The notes under the pieces were generated by a model. It did not search any database. It was given only the letters and a program-made list of their open reading frames with translations, and had not been told where the DNA came from. A stretch of 64,000 bases of DNA from Cypionkella sp. Lineage in GTDB: Bacteria > Pseudomonadota > Alphaproteobacteria > Rhodobacterales > Rhodobacteraceae. This document shows positions 9,377-18,054 of the stretch, piece after piece; positions within the stretch are counted from its first letter, which is position 1; the number at the start of each line of letters is the position of its first letter. The stretch is taken from the NCBI GenBank assembly GCA_037045435.1, contig JBAOID010000020.1, positions 30,748-94,747 of the forward strand, read 5' to 3'. A program made the translations under genes and the position numbers.

Positions 9377-10216
9377 TCAGCGTTGTGCGCGCGCCATGAA
9401 CGCCAGTCGTTCAAACAGATGCACATCTTGCTCGTTTTTCAGCAGGGCTCCGTGCAGCCGTGGCAGCGCATGTTTGCCCTCGCGCCGCAAATCCTCGGGG
9501 GCCAGATCCTCGGCCAGGAGCAGCTTCAGCCAGTCCAGCACTTCCGAAGTGGAGGGTTTCTTTTTCAGACCCGGCGTTTCGCGCAATTCGAAAAACTGCG
9601 TCAAAGCCGTAGCCAGCAGCGCCTCTTTGATCCCCGGAAAATGCACCCGCACAATTTGCGCCAGTGTTTCAGGGTCGGGAAAGCGGATGAAGTGGAAAAA
9701 ACACCGTCGCAAGAATGCGTCGGGCAATTCCTTTTCATTGTTGGATGTGATGATCACTACCGGCCGATGCAGCGCCCGCACGGTTTCATTGGTTTCATAG
9801 ACATGAAACTCCATCCGGTCGAGTTCTTGCAACAGATCATTTGGAAACTCGATATCGGCCTTGTCGATCTCGTCGATCAGCAAAACCACCCGCTCGGGCG
9901 CGGTGAACGCCTGCCACAGTTTGCCGCGCCGGATATAGTTGCCCACCTCATGCACCCGCGCCTCACCCAACTGGCTGTCGCGCAAGCGGCTGACCGCATC
10001 ATATTCATAAAGCCCCTGCTGCGCCTTGGTGGTCGATTTCACATGCCATTCGATCAAGTCCATCCCCAGGGCCTGTGCCACTTGCCGGGCCAGTTCGGTC
10101 TTGCCGGTTCCGGGCTCGCCCTTGACCAACAAAGGCCGCTGCAAAACCACCGCCGCGTTCACCGCCACTGCCAGATCTTGCGAAACTACATAGTCGGGCG
10201 TGCTGTCAAATTTCAT
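9377..10216 (-). CDS. MoxR-like AAA+ ATPase
   Basis: MKFDSTPDYVVSQDLAVAVNAAVVLQRPLLVKGEPGTGKTELARQVA (Walker A) ...VVLLIDEIDKA (Walker B). Confidence 0.9.
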   Translation of the reverse strand: MKFDSTPDYVVSQDLAVAVNAAVVLQRPLLVKGEPGTGKTELARQVAQALGMDLIEWHVKSTTKAQQGLYEYDAVSRLRDSQLGEARVHEVGNYIRRGKLWQAFTAPERVVLLIDEIDKADIEFPNDLLQELDRMEFHVYETNETVRALHRPVVIITSNNEKELPDAFLRRCFFHFIRFPDPETLAQIVRVHFPGIKEALLATALTQFFELRETPGLKKKPSTSEVLDWLKLLLAEDLAPEDLRREGKHALPRLHGALLKNEQDVHLFERLAFMARAQR

Positions 10217-10337
10217 TTTCTACTCAAGGTTATGCGGCCAAGGGGCGGGTGGACCCTAAACCTGCCCCAAAAAACACGCAACCGCTAGTGACAAGCGCAT
10301 CGCTTTCCTTTAAGTGACCGCCAACAGGGAGTGCGGC

Positions 10338-10811
10338 ATGACAGAAGCCAAGCTGTCGGCGCGGCCCGACCAAGTGGAGAATGCAGATATGAAAGCCGAG
10401 ATTTTCCTGCCTGATGATTACCGTCCGGCAGAGAACGAGCCTTTCATGAATGAGCGGCAGTTGGAATATTTCCGCCGCAAGCTGGTGGTCTGGAAACAAG
10501 ACCTGCTCGACCAATCCGCCGAAACCATCGACAATCTGCAAGATTCTGGCCGCAATGTGCCTGACATTGCTGATCGCGCCTCGGAAGAAACCGATCGTGC
10601 GCTGGAACTGCGCACCCGCGACCGTCAACGCAAGCTGGTGTCGAAAATCGACGCCGCCCTGCGCCGGATCGAGAACGACGAATTTGGCTATTGCGAAATG
10701 ACCGGCGAGCCGATCAGCCTCAAACGCCTTGATGCCCGCCCCATCGCCACCATGACGCTGGAGGCTCAGGAAAAGCACGAGCGTCGCGAGAAAGTGCATC
10801 GCGACGATTGA
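10338..10811 (+). CDS. dksA: RNA polymerase-binding transcription factor DksA (Cys-poor variant)
   Basis: ...MNERQLEYFRRKLVVWKQDLL...DIADRASEETDRALELRTRDRQRKL (coiled-coil DxxDxA tip) ...FGYCEMTGEPISLKRLDARPIATMTLEAQ. ATG at 10338 follows AGGGA. Confidence 0.9.
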   Translation: MTEAKLSARPDQVENADMKAEIFLPDDYRPAENEPFMNERQLEYFRRKLVVWKQDLLDQSAETIDNLQDSGRNVPDIADRASEETDRALELRTRDRQRKLVSKIDAALRRIENDEFGYCEMTGEPISLKRLDARPIATMTLEAQEKHERREKVHRDD

Positions 10812-10860
10812 CCCAGGCAGTTTGGCTTGCGGTCAGGCCGCTAAACGGCACATGATCACG

Positions 10861-10889
10861 CCGGACCCTTGGGTCCGGTGTTTTGCTTT
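10861..10889 (+). terminator. rho-independent terminator after dksA
   Basis: CCGGACCC-tt-GGGTCCGG followed by tgttttgcttt. Confidence 0.65.
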
Positions 10890-10902
10890 GGGGGGCAAGC
10901 CA

Positions 10903-12078
10903 GTGCTGGGAACTGAAATCACCATTATCGGGGCAGGGGTTGCCGGTCTGGCCTTGTCGCGTGCCCTGGCCTTGAAAGGTGCGGCCGTCACCGTTCTGGA
11001 ACAAGCCGATGCCGTTCGTGAAGTGGGGGCGGGTTTGCAAATCTCGCCCAACGGTGCCGTGGTGCTGCGCGAGTTGGGTCTGGGCGCGGCCCTTGAATCT
11101 GCCTCGATGCAGGCGCGCGCGGTCAGGCTTTGCGATGGCCTTTCCGGCGACAAGGTTCTGGAGATGGATCTTGCCCGTCTGCGCCCGGCGCATGGCTATC
11201 ATTTTCTACACCGTGTCGATCTGATCGAGCTGCTGAAGCAAGGTGCTGAGGCGGCTGGCGTCACCTTGCGCTTGTTGCATAAAGTCACATCGCTTGATCT
11301 GACCGGCACCCGCGCATTGCTTGCCACATCCACCGGGGAATCGCTTTCGCCCACGATCTTGATCGGTGCCGACGGCCTGCACTCGCTTACCCGTGCGGCG
11401 CTGAATGGTCAGTCGGCGCCGTTTTTCACTCATCAAGTCGCGTGGCGTGCCTTGATCCCTGAACAGCCCGGTGCCGTCCCCGTTGCCGAGGTGCATATGG
11501 GGCCGGGCCGTCATCTGGTCAGCTATCCGCTGCGCGGCGGCACCCTGCGCAACATCGTGGCTGTTGAAGAACGTAGCCGCTGGGCCGAGGAAAGCTGGTC
11601 GCTGCGCGATGATCCGATGGATTTGCGGCTGGCTTTTGAGGCGTTCAGCCCCCGTGTGCGCGGCTGGCTTGATCAGGTGCAAGATGTCTATCTCTGGGGC
11701 CTTTTCCGCCACGAGGTTGCGCGAGACTGGACGCGGATCTTGCCCGCAGGTGGGGTGGCAATCCTGGGTGATGCCGCCCATCCCACCTTGCCGTTCCTTG
11801 CCCAAGGCGCATCAATGGGACTGGAAGACGCTTGGGTGCTGGCAGATCGCTTGGCATCCTTGCCTCTGCCCGAGGCTTTGGCTGCCTATCAGGCCGCCCG
11901 CGCGCCCCGCACCAGACGGATTGTCGCCGCAGCCACCTCCAACGCCCGCTCTTATCATCTGTCGGGCGTTAGCCGCTCGCTGGCCCATACTGCGCTGAAA
12001 ATCGGCGGCACCCTTGCCCCCGGTCTGGCCCTGCGCCGCTTCGATTGGCTGTATGATTTCGACGTGACCAAAGCCTAA
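10903..12078 (+). CDS. FAD-dependent monooxygenase (UbiH/salicylate hydroxylase-like)
   Basis: VLGTEITIIGAGVAGLALSRALALKGAAVTVLEQ (GxGxxG) ...ILGDAAHPTLPFLAQGASMGLEDA. The GTG start is chosen because the longer track ORF would run through the dksA terminator. Confidence 0.85.
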   Translation: MLGTEITIIGAGVAGLALSRALALKGAAVTVLEQADAVREVGAGLQISPNGAVVLRELGLGAALESASMQARAVRLCDGLSGDKVLEMDLARLRPAHGYHFLHRVDLIELLKQGAEAAGVTLRLLHKVTSLDLTGTRALLATSTGESLSPTILIGADGLHSLTRAALNGQSAPFFTHQVAWRALIPEQPGAVPVAEVHMGPGRHLVSYPLRGGTLRNIVAVEERSRWAEESWSLRDDPMDLRLAFEAFSPRVRGWLDQVQDVYLWGLFRHEVARDWTRILPAGGVAILGDAAHPTLPFLAQGASMGLEDAWVLADRLASLPLPEALAAYQAARAPRTRRIVAAATSNARSYHLSGVSRSLAHTALKIGGTLAPGLALRRFDWLYDFDVTKA

Positions 12079-12854
12079 GCCGCCAGATCAATCCACACCG
12101 GCACATGATCCGAAGGTTTATCCCCAGCCCGCACCTGTTTGTCGATCTGGCAATCTTCTAACAGATCGGCGGCTTGCGGTGACAGCAATAGATGATCAAT
12201 CCTGATGCCGTTGTTGCGCTCCCAAGCCCCGGCCTGGTAATCCCAAAACGAATAAAACCCCGCCGCCTGATTACGCACACGAAACGCGTCGGTCAGGCCA
12301 AGATTGACCAAACGGCGATAGGCCGCGCGGGTTTGCGGCAAGAACAGCGCATCCTCAACCCAGGCTTCGGGCCTGGCCGCATCTTCGGCTTGCGGGATCA
12401 CATTATAATCGCCGCAAATCACCAGCGGCTCTTCATCGCGCAGCAAAGTCTCGACACGGGCCTGCATCCGCGCCATCCATGCCAGTTTATAGTCATATTT
12501 CGGCCCCGGTGCCGGGTTGCCATTGGGCAGATACAGCCCACAGATCCGCACCGCATAGCTTCCCATGACGGTGGCTTCGATCCAACGCGCCTGAATATCC
12601 TCATCATCACCGGGCAGGCCACGGGTCACATCTTCCAGCGGTAGTTTCGACAGGATGGCCACCCCGTTGAAACTTTTCATGCCATGCGTTTCCACCTGAT
12701 ACCCAAGTGATTCGAAAACCTCACGCGGGAAGGCCTCATCCACCGATTTGATCTCTTGCAGGCAAACCACATCCGGCTGCGCCTCGGACAACCATTTCGG
12801 CAAGGCCTCGATCCGCGCCTTGATGCCGTTGATGTTGAAAGTGGCGATTTTCAT
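12075..12854 (-). CDS. xthA: exodeoxyribonuclease III
   Basis: MKIATFNINGIKARIEALPKWLSEAQPDVVCLQEIK...RIDHLLLSP...SDHVPVWIDL. Confidence 0.9.
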   Translation of the reverse strand: MKIATFNINGIKARIEALPKWLSEAQPDVVCLQEIKSVDEAFPREVFESLGYQVETHGMKSFNGVAILSKLPLEDVTRGLPGDDEDIQARWIEATVMGSYAVRICGLYLPNGNPAPGPKYDYKLAWMARMQARVETLLRDEEPLVICGDYNVIPQAEDAARPEAWVEDALFLPQTRAAYRRLVNLGLTDAFRVRNQAAGFYSFWDYQAGAWERNNGIRIDHLLLSPQAADLLEDCQIDKQVRAGDKPSDHVPVWIDLAA

Positions 12855-12916
12855 GGGTATATCCTTTGGCTTGATCAACGTCTAACCAAAGACTGCGCCC
12901 CCGTAAACGGCAGGCT

Positions 12917-13633
12917 TCATGCCGTTTCCAGCCAATCCATCTGCGCCGCATTCAGCCAAAGCTGATCCAGCGCGTCCAATTCGGCCACGTCAAACCGCTC
13001 CAACTCTTCCCAATAACGCCCCGAAGGCGTGTCATACCCTAATTCTGCCTCACACTTTTGGGCCTTGGCAGCCAGCTCAGGGCAAAACGGCAGCGGGCGA
13101 ACGGCCCCCAGACTGTTGCGCTGCGCCTGCGGAAAGATCAGTCGCGACGGCCCGCTTGACAGGTTTACCATCGCACAGCCCTGCATTGCCGCCAGCACCA
13201 TCAACCGCGCCGATTTCGCCTCAAGGTTGCGTAAGGTGATATCGTGCCGCAACGGGTCTGCCGTGCCACGGCCATAAAAATGTGTCTGTCCCGGCCCATA
13301 TTGCATATCGCAGCCAAAAGCCGCGATAACGCGCGGTCGCAGCGCATTCAGCGCCCAATAGCCCGAGGTAAAGGCCATGGTCGCCCCCGCATAGACAAAT
13401 CCTCCCAGCGCATTCTGTGCCGGAACGAAATCGGTTTCAGTAATCACCCGCTGCCCTGCCACCGCCACGGGGCACCGCTCGGGCGCAAAATCCCACGGGT
13501 AAATCGCGAAATCCCAATCGGGGCGGAGCAAATGGGCATTGTTGATCGCCAAAATGCGGTCAAACCCTTGGCGCGGCCAGCCTGCGACCTCAATCGCCAT
13601 CGGTGCAGAGCCGATCATCAACACTGTCGTCAT
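12917..13633 (-). CDS. hypothetical protein, possibly a DUF115/GT42-like Rossmann fold
   Basis: The internal ATG at 13633 follows AGAGGG. MTTVLMIGSAPMAIEV...ILAINNAHLL...FTSGYWALNALRPRVIAAFGCDMQY loosely recalls the GxGPS...N...TSG...G.D layout of Cst/Maf-type transferases. The family call is tentative. Confidence 0.5.
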   Translation of the reverse strand: MTTVLMIGSAPMAIEVAGWPRQGFDRILAINNAHLLRPDWDFAIYPWDFAPERCPVAVAGQRVITETDFVPAQNALGGFVYAGATMAFTSGYWALNALRPRVIAAFGCDMQYGPGQTHFYGRGTADPLRHDITLRNLEAKSARLMVLAAMQGCAMVNLSSGPSRLIFPQAQRNSLGAVRPLPFCPELAAKAQKCEAELGYDTPSGRYWEELERFDVAELDALDQLWLNAAQMDWLETA

Positions 13634-13691
13634 CACAGGCACCCTCTTTGATGCCGAAAAGATTAGGGCGTTTGCCCTGAATGACCAGCCT

Positions 13692-14025
13692 TCAGATCGA
13701 AAAACTTGTGCCGCAACCGCAAGAGCTGCTGGCATTGGGGTTTTCAATGACAAACCGCGCGCCGATCAGCTCTTCGGAGAAATCAATCACCGCATTGGCC
13801 AGAAACGGCAGGCTGATCTGATCGACCAACACCTTTTGCCCATCGCTTTCCAGCACCAGATCATCCGCCTGCCGGATCATCCAGCCGGATATCATACTGA
13901 AACCCCGAACAGCCGCCGCCTTCAACCGCCACCCGCAGGGCCTTGGACTCACCGGTCATCTCGGCAATTTCCGCCAGTCGGGCAAATGCCCGAGGGGTAA
14001 CGCGGGGGGGAAGGGTCAATTCCAT
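13692..14025 (-). pseudogene. HesB/IscA/ErpA-type iron-sulfur cluster insertion protein, split by a +1 phase change near 13864-13884
   Basis: The N-terminal half MELTLPPRVTPRAFARLAEIAEMTGESKALRVAVEGGGCSGFQYDIRLDDP (track ORF 13861..14103) runs into a stop. The C-terminal half ADDLVLESDGQKVLVDQISLPFLANAVIDFSEELIGARFVIENPNASSSCGCGTSFSI (ORF 13692..13952) is in the next phase. The span is 334 nt, which is 3n+1. Confidence 0.85.
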
Positions 14026-14105
14026 GACTTGCTCTGTCCTTTGTTCTGATACTACGCAATATAGGGGGCAACCTGTGCCACAACAAGAACGCTGAACGGA
14101 CACTC

Positions 14106-15269
14106 ATGCTTGCCCCTTTCGCCTGCCACCCCGAACATTCGCACGGCCGCCTGCATGATGAGCGCATGTCGTCCTTTCGCTCGCCATTTCAGCGCGACCG
14201 TGACCGCATCATCCATTCTTCGGCTTTCCGTCGCCTGAAACACAAGACCCAGGTGTTTGTCGAACACGAGGGCGATCTTTACCGCACCCGCCTGACCCAT
14301 TCGATCGAGGTGGCGCAGGTGGCGCGCACCATCGCAGGCGTTCTTGGTCTGAACACCGATCTGGCCGAGGCAATCGCGCTGGCCCATGATCTGGGCCACA
14401 CCCCCTTTGGCCATACCGGCGAGGATGCGCTTTCGGCCCTTATGGCCCCCTATGGCGGCTTTGATCACAACGCCCAGGCCCTGCGCATCGTCACCAGTCT
14501 GGAGCGCCACTACGCCGATTTCGACGGGTTGAACCTGACCTGGGAAACCCTCGAAGGCATCGCCAAGCACAACGGTCCCGTCACTGGCCCGAATGCAGAC
14601 GCCAAACACGCAGGCCCTTTGCCCTATGCGCTGGCCGAGGTGAATGCGCAGTGGGATCTGGAACTCGACACCCATGCTTCCGCCGAGGCGCAGGTGGCCG
14701 CCATTGCCGATGATGTCGCCTATTCCCACCATGATCTGCACGACGGTCTGCGCTCGGGCCTGTTCGATGAAGCCGACCTGATGGAACTGCCCGTCACCGG
14801 CCCTGCCTTTGCCGAGGTCGATGCGCTATACCCCGGCCTTGAGAAAACGCGCCGCCGGCATGAGGCTTTGCGCAGGGTTTTCGGCCGCATGGTGGAAGAT
14901 GTCATCGCCGTTGCGCAGGGGCGGCTTGAGGCGGCTCAACCGAAATCGGTTGATGATATCCGCCGTATGGGCACCACCATCATCCGCTTTTCCAAACCGC
15001 TTTACCAAGACCTCAAGGCGATCCGCTCGTTCTTGTTCACCCGGATGTATCGTGCGCCCTCGGTGATGGCGGAACGCGCCCGCGTCACCATTGTTTTGAA
15101 CGACCTGTTCCCGCTCTTTCTTGCCAAGCCCTCGCTTTTGCCCGAAGAATGGCAGCATGAAATCCAAAGCCTGCCCGATGATACCAGCCTTGCGCGCATG
15201 GTGGCCGATTATGTCTCCGGCATGACCGACCGCTTTGCCTTGGCCGAACACGAACGGCTTTTCCCCTGA
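14106..15269 (+). CDS. dgt: dGTP triphosphohydrolase-like HD-domain protein
   Basis: ...FQRDRDRIIHSSAFRRLKHKTQVF...RTRLTHSIEVAQVARTIA...LAHDLGHTPFGHTGE. Confidence 0.9.
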   Translation: MLAPFACHPEHSHGRLHDERMSSFRSPFQRDRDRIIHSSAFRRLKHKTQVFVEHEGDLYRTRLTHSIEVAQVARTIAGVLGLNTDLAEAIALAHDLGHTPFGHTGEDALSALMAPYGGFDHNAQALRIVTSLERHYADFDGLNLTWETLEGIAKHNGPVTGPNADAKHAGPLPYALAEVNAQWDLELDTHASAEAQVAAIADDVAYSHHDLHDGLRSGLFDEADLMELPVTGPAFAEVDALYPGLEKTRRRHEALRRVFGRMVEDVIAVAQGRLEAAQPKSVDDIRRMGTTIIRFSKPLYQDLKAIRSFLFTRMYRAPSVMAERARVTIVLNDLFPLFLAKPSLLPEEWQHEIQSLPDDTSLARMVADYVSGMTDRFALAEHERLFP

Positions 15270-15780
15270 TCCAAAAGACCGATCTTGCCCGAAATGACAT
15301 CGGACTGAACCCGTCCTTGCCTTCGCCGTTGTCGGTGCACAATGGCTGGCGTTTCGTTGGTGCATGCCTGCCATCGTGTTCATGGTTTTGGCGGGGATAT
15401 TGCTGGCCCGGTTCAGGGCGGGTTCATCTTGCTTGCCTAAGATCTTGATATTGCTTCCATCGCTGCCCTGGATATGCGCGCGGTGCTGTTGTTGGCCATG
15501 GTCATTCTGATCGCACGGCACTTGCCAGTGCTGATCACGCTGGCGGGCAGTGCAATCGCGTGGCCCGCGTTTCTGCGGCATGCTTGGTGAAATTGCTGCG
15601 AAAGGGGGACCAGATCAAATCGCTGCCCGGCACGCGTCTGATATCGCTGGTGCTGTCCGGCGCCAGTCTGGCAAACGGTATGAGCAAGGCCGAGCAAACG
15701 CCAATCGCTAAAGAAGCGTAAACACTGTACCGCAAGCCGTTGAAACTATTGGCATCGAAACGCACGGCACATGCGCGCGC

Positions 15781-16248
15781 CTATTTGTTGGCGCGAAACG
15801 CGGCCCACCAGATCAGGGCGAGAGCCAGTGAGGCGATCACATTCCACCCCGCCATCGAAACCCCCATCAGTGACCATGCAATCGCATCACAGCGAACCGG
15901 GGCCGCCACGATCACATCAGGATTGAGCAGGTCCGCCGTGCTGATCCCGGCAATGGAATTGCCGGTGCAAGAAGCCAATCCCTCCCACCATTTCTGCTCG
16001 ACCCCCACATGAAACACCCCGATCCCCGCCGTCGTCAGCGCCGCTCCCATCCCCAGCAAAGCCCAGAGCCGCCCGCCAAAGATCAACGCCAAAGCCCCGA
16101 TCAGCACCGCCGCCCCATGCGGCCAGCGTTGATAGAGGCACAGCACGCAAGGCGCCAGGCCTCCGAAAAACTGGAATGCGAAGGCCCCCAAAAGCAGGGC
16201 CAGCGACCCCGCTGCAGTCAGCAAGATCAATCCGTTCCGCGTCATCAT
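15781..16248 (-). CDS. dsbB: disulfide bond formation protein B family
   Basis: Four-TM protein with LAPCVLCLYQRWPH (CxxC) and a second Cys pair (SCTG...VRCD). Confidence 0.8.
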   Translation of the reverse strand: MMTRNGLILLTAAGSLALLLGAFAFQFFGGLAPCVLCLYQRWPHGAAVLIGALALIFGGRLWALLGMGAALTTAGIGVFHVGVEQKWWEGLASCTGNSIAGISTADLLNPDVIVAAPVRCDAIAWSLMGVSMAGWNVIASLALALIWWAAFRANK

Positions 16249-16251
16249 TCC

Positions 16252-16836
16252 TCACAGATATATAAGACCAACCCAGATCAGGGCCGCCACCACGATTAAT
16301 CCCAGCGCGATCACTGCCAGCCGCCGCTCGACAAATGCCGCCATCCGTTGGCCATAGCGCTGCAACAGATAGGCCAGCAGATAAAACCGCCCGCCCCGCG
16401 CCAGGATCGCCGACACGATGAACCATTTCAGATCGAAAGACATCACTCCTGACAAGATCGTGACCACCTTCATCGGCGGCAGATGCGACAGCCCCGAAGT
16501 GACCAGCATCAGCAAGATCGCCGCGTCGCCGGTGCGGGTTTTCAGCGTCTCGAAAGCGTCGAGTTTGCCATAGAACTCCAACAGCGGCCGCGCCAGCAGA
16601 TCAAAGGCGTAATGCCCGATCATCCAGCCCAGAATGCCGCCCAGCACCGAGGTGACGGTGGCAATCAGCGCATAGCGGAACGCCCGCTCGGGGCGCGACA
16701 GGCACATCGGAATGAACAATACATCCGCCGGGATCGGAAACACCGAACTTTCGACAAAGGAAACCACACCCATGGCCACGGTCGCGTAGCGCGACCCCGC
16801 CCAATGCAAGGTCCATGCGTAAAGTTTGCGAAACAT
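16252..16836 (-). CDS. YqaA family (DedA superfamily) membrane protein
   Basis: MFRKLYAWTLHWAGSRYATVAMGVVSFVESSVFPIPADVLFIPM... Confidence 0.8.
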   Translation of the reverse strand: MFRKLYAWTLHWAGSRYATVAMGVVSFVESSVFPIPADVLFIPMCLSRPERAFRYALIATVTSVLGGILGWMIGHYAFDLLARPLLEFYGKLDAFETLKTRTGDAAILLMLVTSGLSHLPPMKVVTILSGVMSFDLKWFIVSAILARGGRFYLLAYLLQRYGQRMAAFVERRLAVIALGLIVVAALIWVGLIYL

Positions 16837-16974
16837 GCAGCGGGCTCCGTTTGGTTGTCGCCCCTAATGGCCACGCATCGCATGCGGGGTCAAGCCGCTC
16901 AGCCGTCGCAGCGCGATTGCACTTCATCAACGGGACGGTATGTTGGGCAAAAGCGGTGCAAGGGGACGATTGGC

Positions 16975-17829
16975 ATGGAATGGCGCGGTCGAAGAGGCAG
17001 CAACAACATCGAGGACCGCCGCGCGCGAGGGGGCCGAAATGCGGCTGGAGTTGGTGGAATTGGCGGGGTGGGTTTGATTGCCGTCTTGGTGATCGGTTAT
17101 TTCCTGGGCATTGATGTCACGCCGCTGCTGAACGATGCTGGTACGGTTCAAAGCTCGGGCGGGGGCGAAATCACCCAGCAAGATCGGGACGAAGGCGAGT
17201 TTGTTTCGGTGGTTCTGGCCGATACCGAAGAGATCTGGGCGCGTGTGGTGCCAGATCAAACCGGGCAGGATTACACACCGGCCAGACTCGTTTTATACAA
17301 GGGTGTCACCAATTCCCCTTGCGGAAACGCATCCGGAGCGACCGGGCCGTTCTATTGCCCCGGCGACAAGCAGGTTTATCTTGATACCGAGTTTTTCACC
17401 ACGCTTGAGCAGCAATTGGGGGCGAATGGTGACTTCGCCCGCTCCTATGTTGTTGCACATGAGGTGGCGCATCATGTGCAGGATGAACTGGGTATTTTGG
17501 GGAAAGCAAACGCCCTGCGTGGCCGGGTGTCTGAAGCCGAAAGCAATGCGATCTCGGTGAGGATCGAGTTGCAAGCCGATTGTCTTTCTGGAATTTGGGC
17601 GCGCGAGGCACAGGCGCAATTCGGCTCGATCAAAAAGGGCGATTTCGAGGAAGCGGTCAACGCCGCGCGCCAGATCGGGGATGACACCCTTCAGCGCAAT
17701 GCGGGCCAGCGCCCGATGCCACATACCTTTACCCATGGCACCTCGGAGCAAAGATCGCGCTGGTTCATCACCGGGCTGAAATCGGGCAAATTGTCGGCCT
17801 GTGATACCTTTGGTGCAAAGTCGCTCTAA
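16975..17829 (+). CDS. ypfJ: YpfJ-type neutral zinc metallopeptidase
   Basis: MEWRGRRGSNNIEDRRA...TM...FYCPGDKQVYLDTEFF...VVAHEVAHHVQDELG (HExxH). The upstream part of track ORF 16483.. overlaps yqaA antisense and is discarded. Confidence 0.85.
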   Translation: MEWRGRRGSNNIEDRRARGGRNAAGVGGIGGVGLIAVLVIGYFLGIDVTPLLNDAGTVQSSGGGEITQQDRDEGEFVSVVLADTEEIWARVVPDQTGQDYTPARLVLYKGVTNSPCGNASGATGPFYCPGDKQVYLDTEFFTTLEQQLGANGDFARSYVVAHEVAHHVQDELGILGKANALRGRVSEAESNAISVRIELQADCLSGIWAREAQAQFGSIKKGDFEEAVNAARQIGDDTLQRNAGQRPMPHTFTHGTSEQRSRWFITGLKSGKLSACDTFGAKSL

Positions 17830-17969
17830 GAGCCGTTGACGCCGTCAATTCTGACGGCTAAACCGCCGCAATGTCCATGGAGTTGCTCTTGGTTCATGGT
17901 GGGTTGAGCCAGCCCACAAGTCGATTACAGGCTTCGTGCCCTTCCACTACCATGGTGGGCATGTTCGTT

Positions 17970-18054
17970 GCGGGTGTGGCGGAATGGTAGACGCGACAGA
18001 CTCTAAAATCTGTTTCCGCAAGGAGTGTCGGTTCGAGTCCGACCACCCGTACCA
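17970..18054 (+). tRNA. class II tRNA-Leu with a CCA end; the anticodon loop as written is 8 nt (CUCUAAAA), so anticodon assignment (UAA or CAA with one extra base, or CUA) is ambiguous
   Basis: Hand fold: acceptor GCGGGTG/CACCCGT, D arm GCG-GAATGGTAGA-CGC, anticodon stem ACAGA/TCTGT, long variable arm TTCCGCAAGGAGT, T arm GTCGG-TTCGAGT-CCGAC, discriminator A, CCA. Confidence 0.85.
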
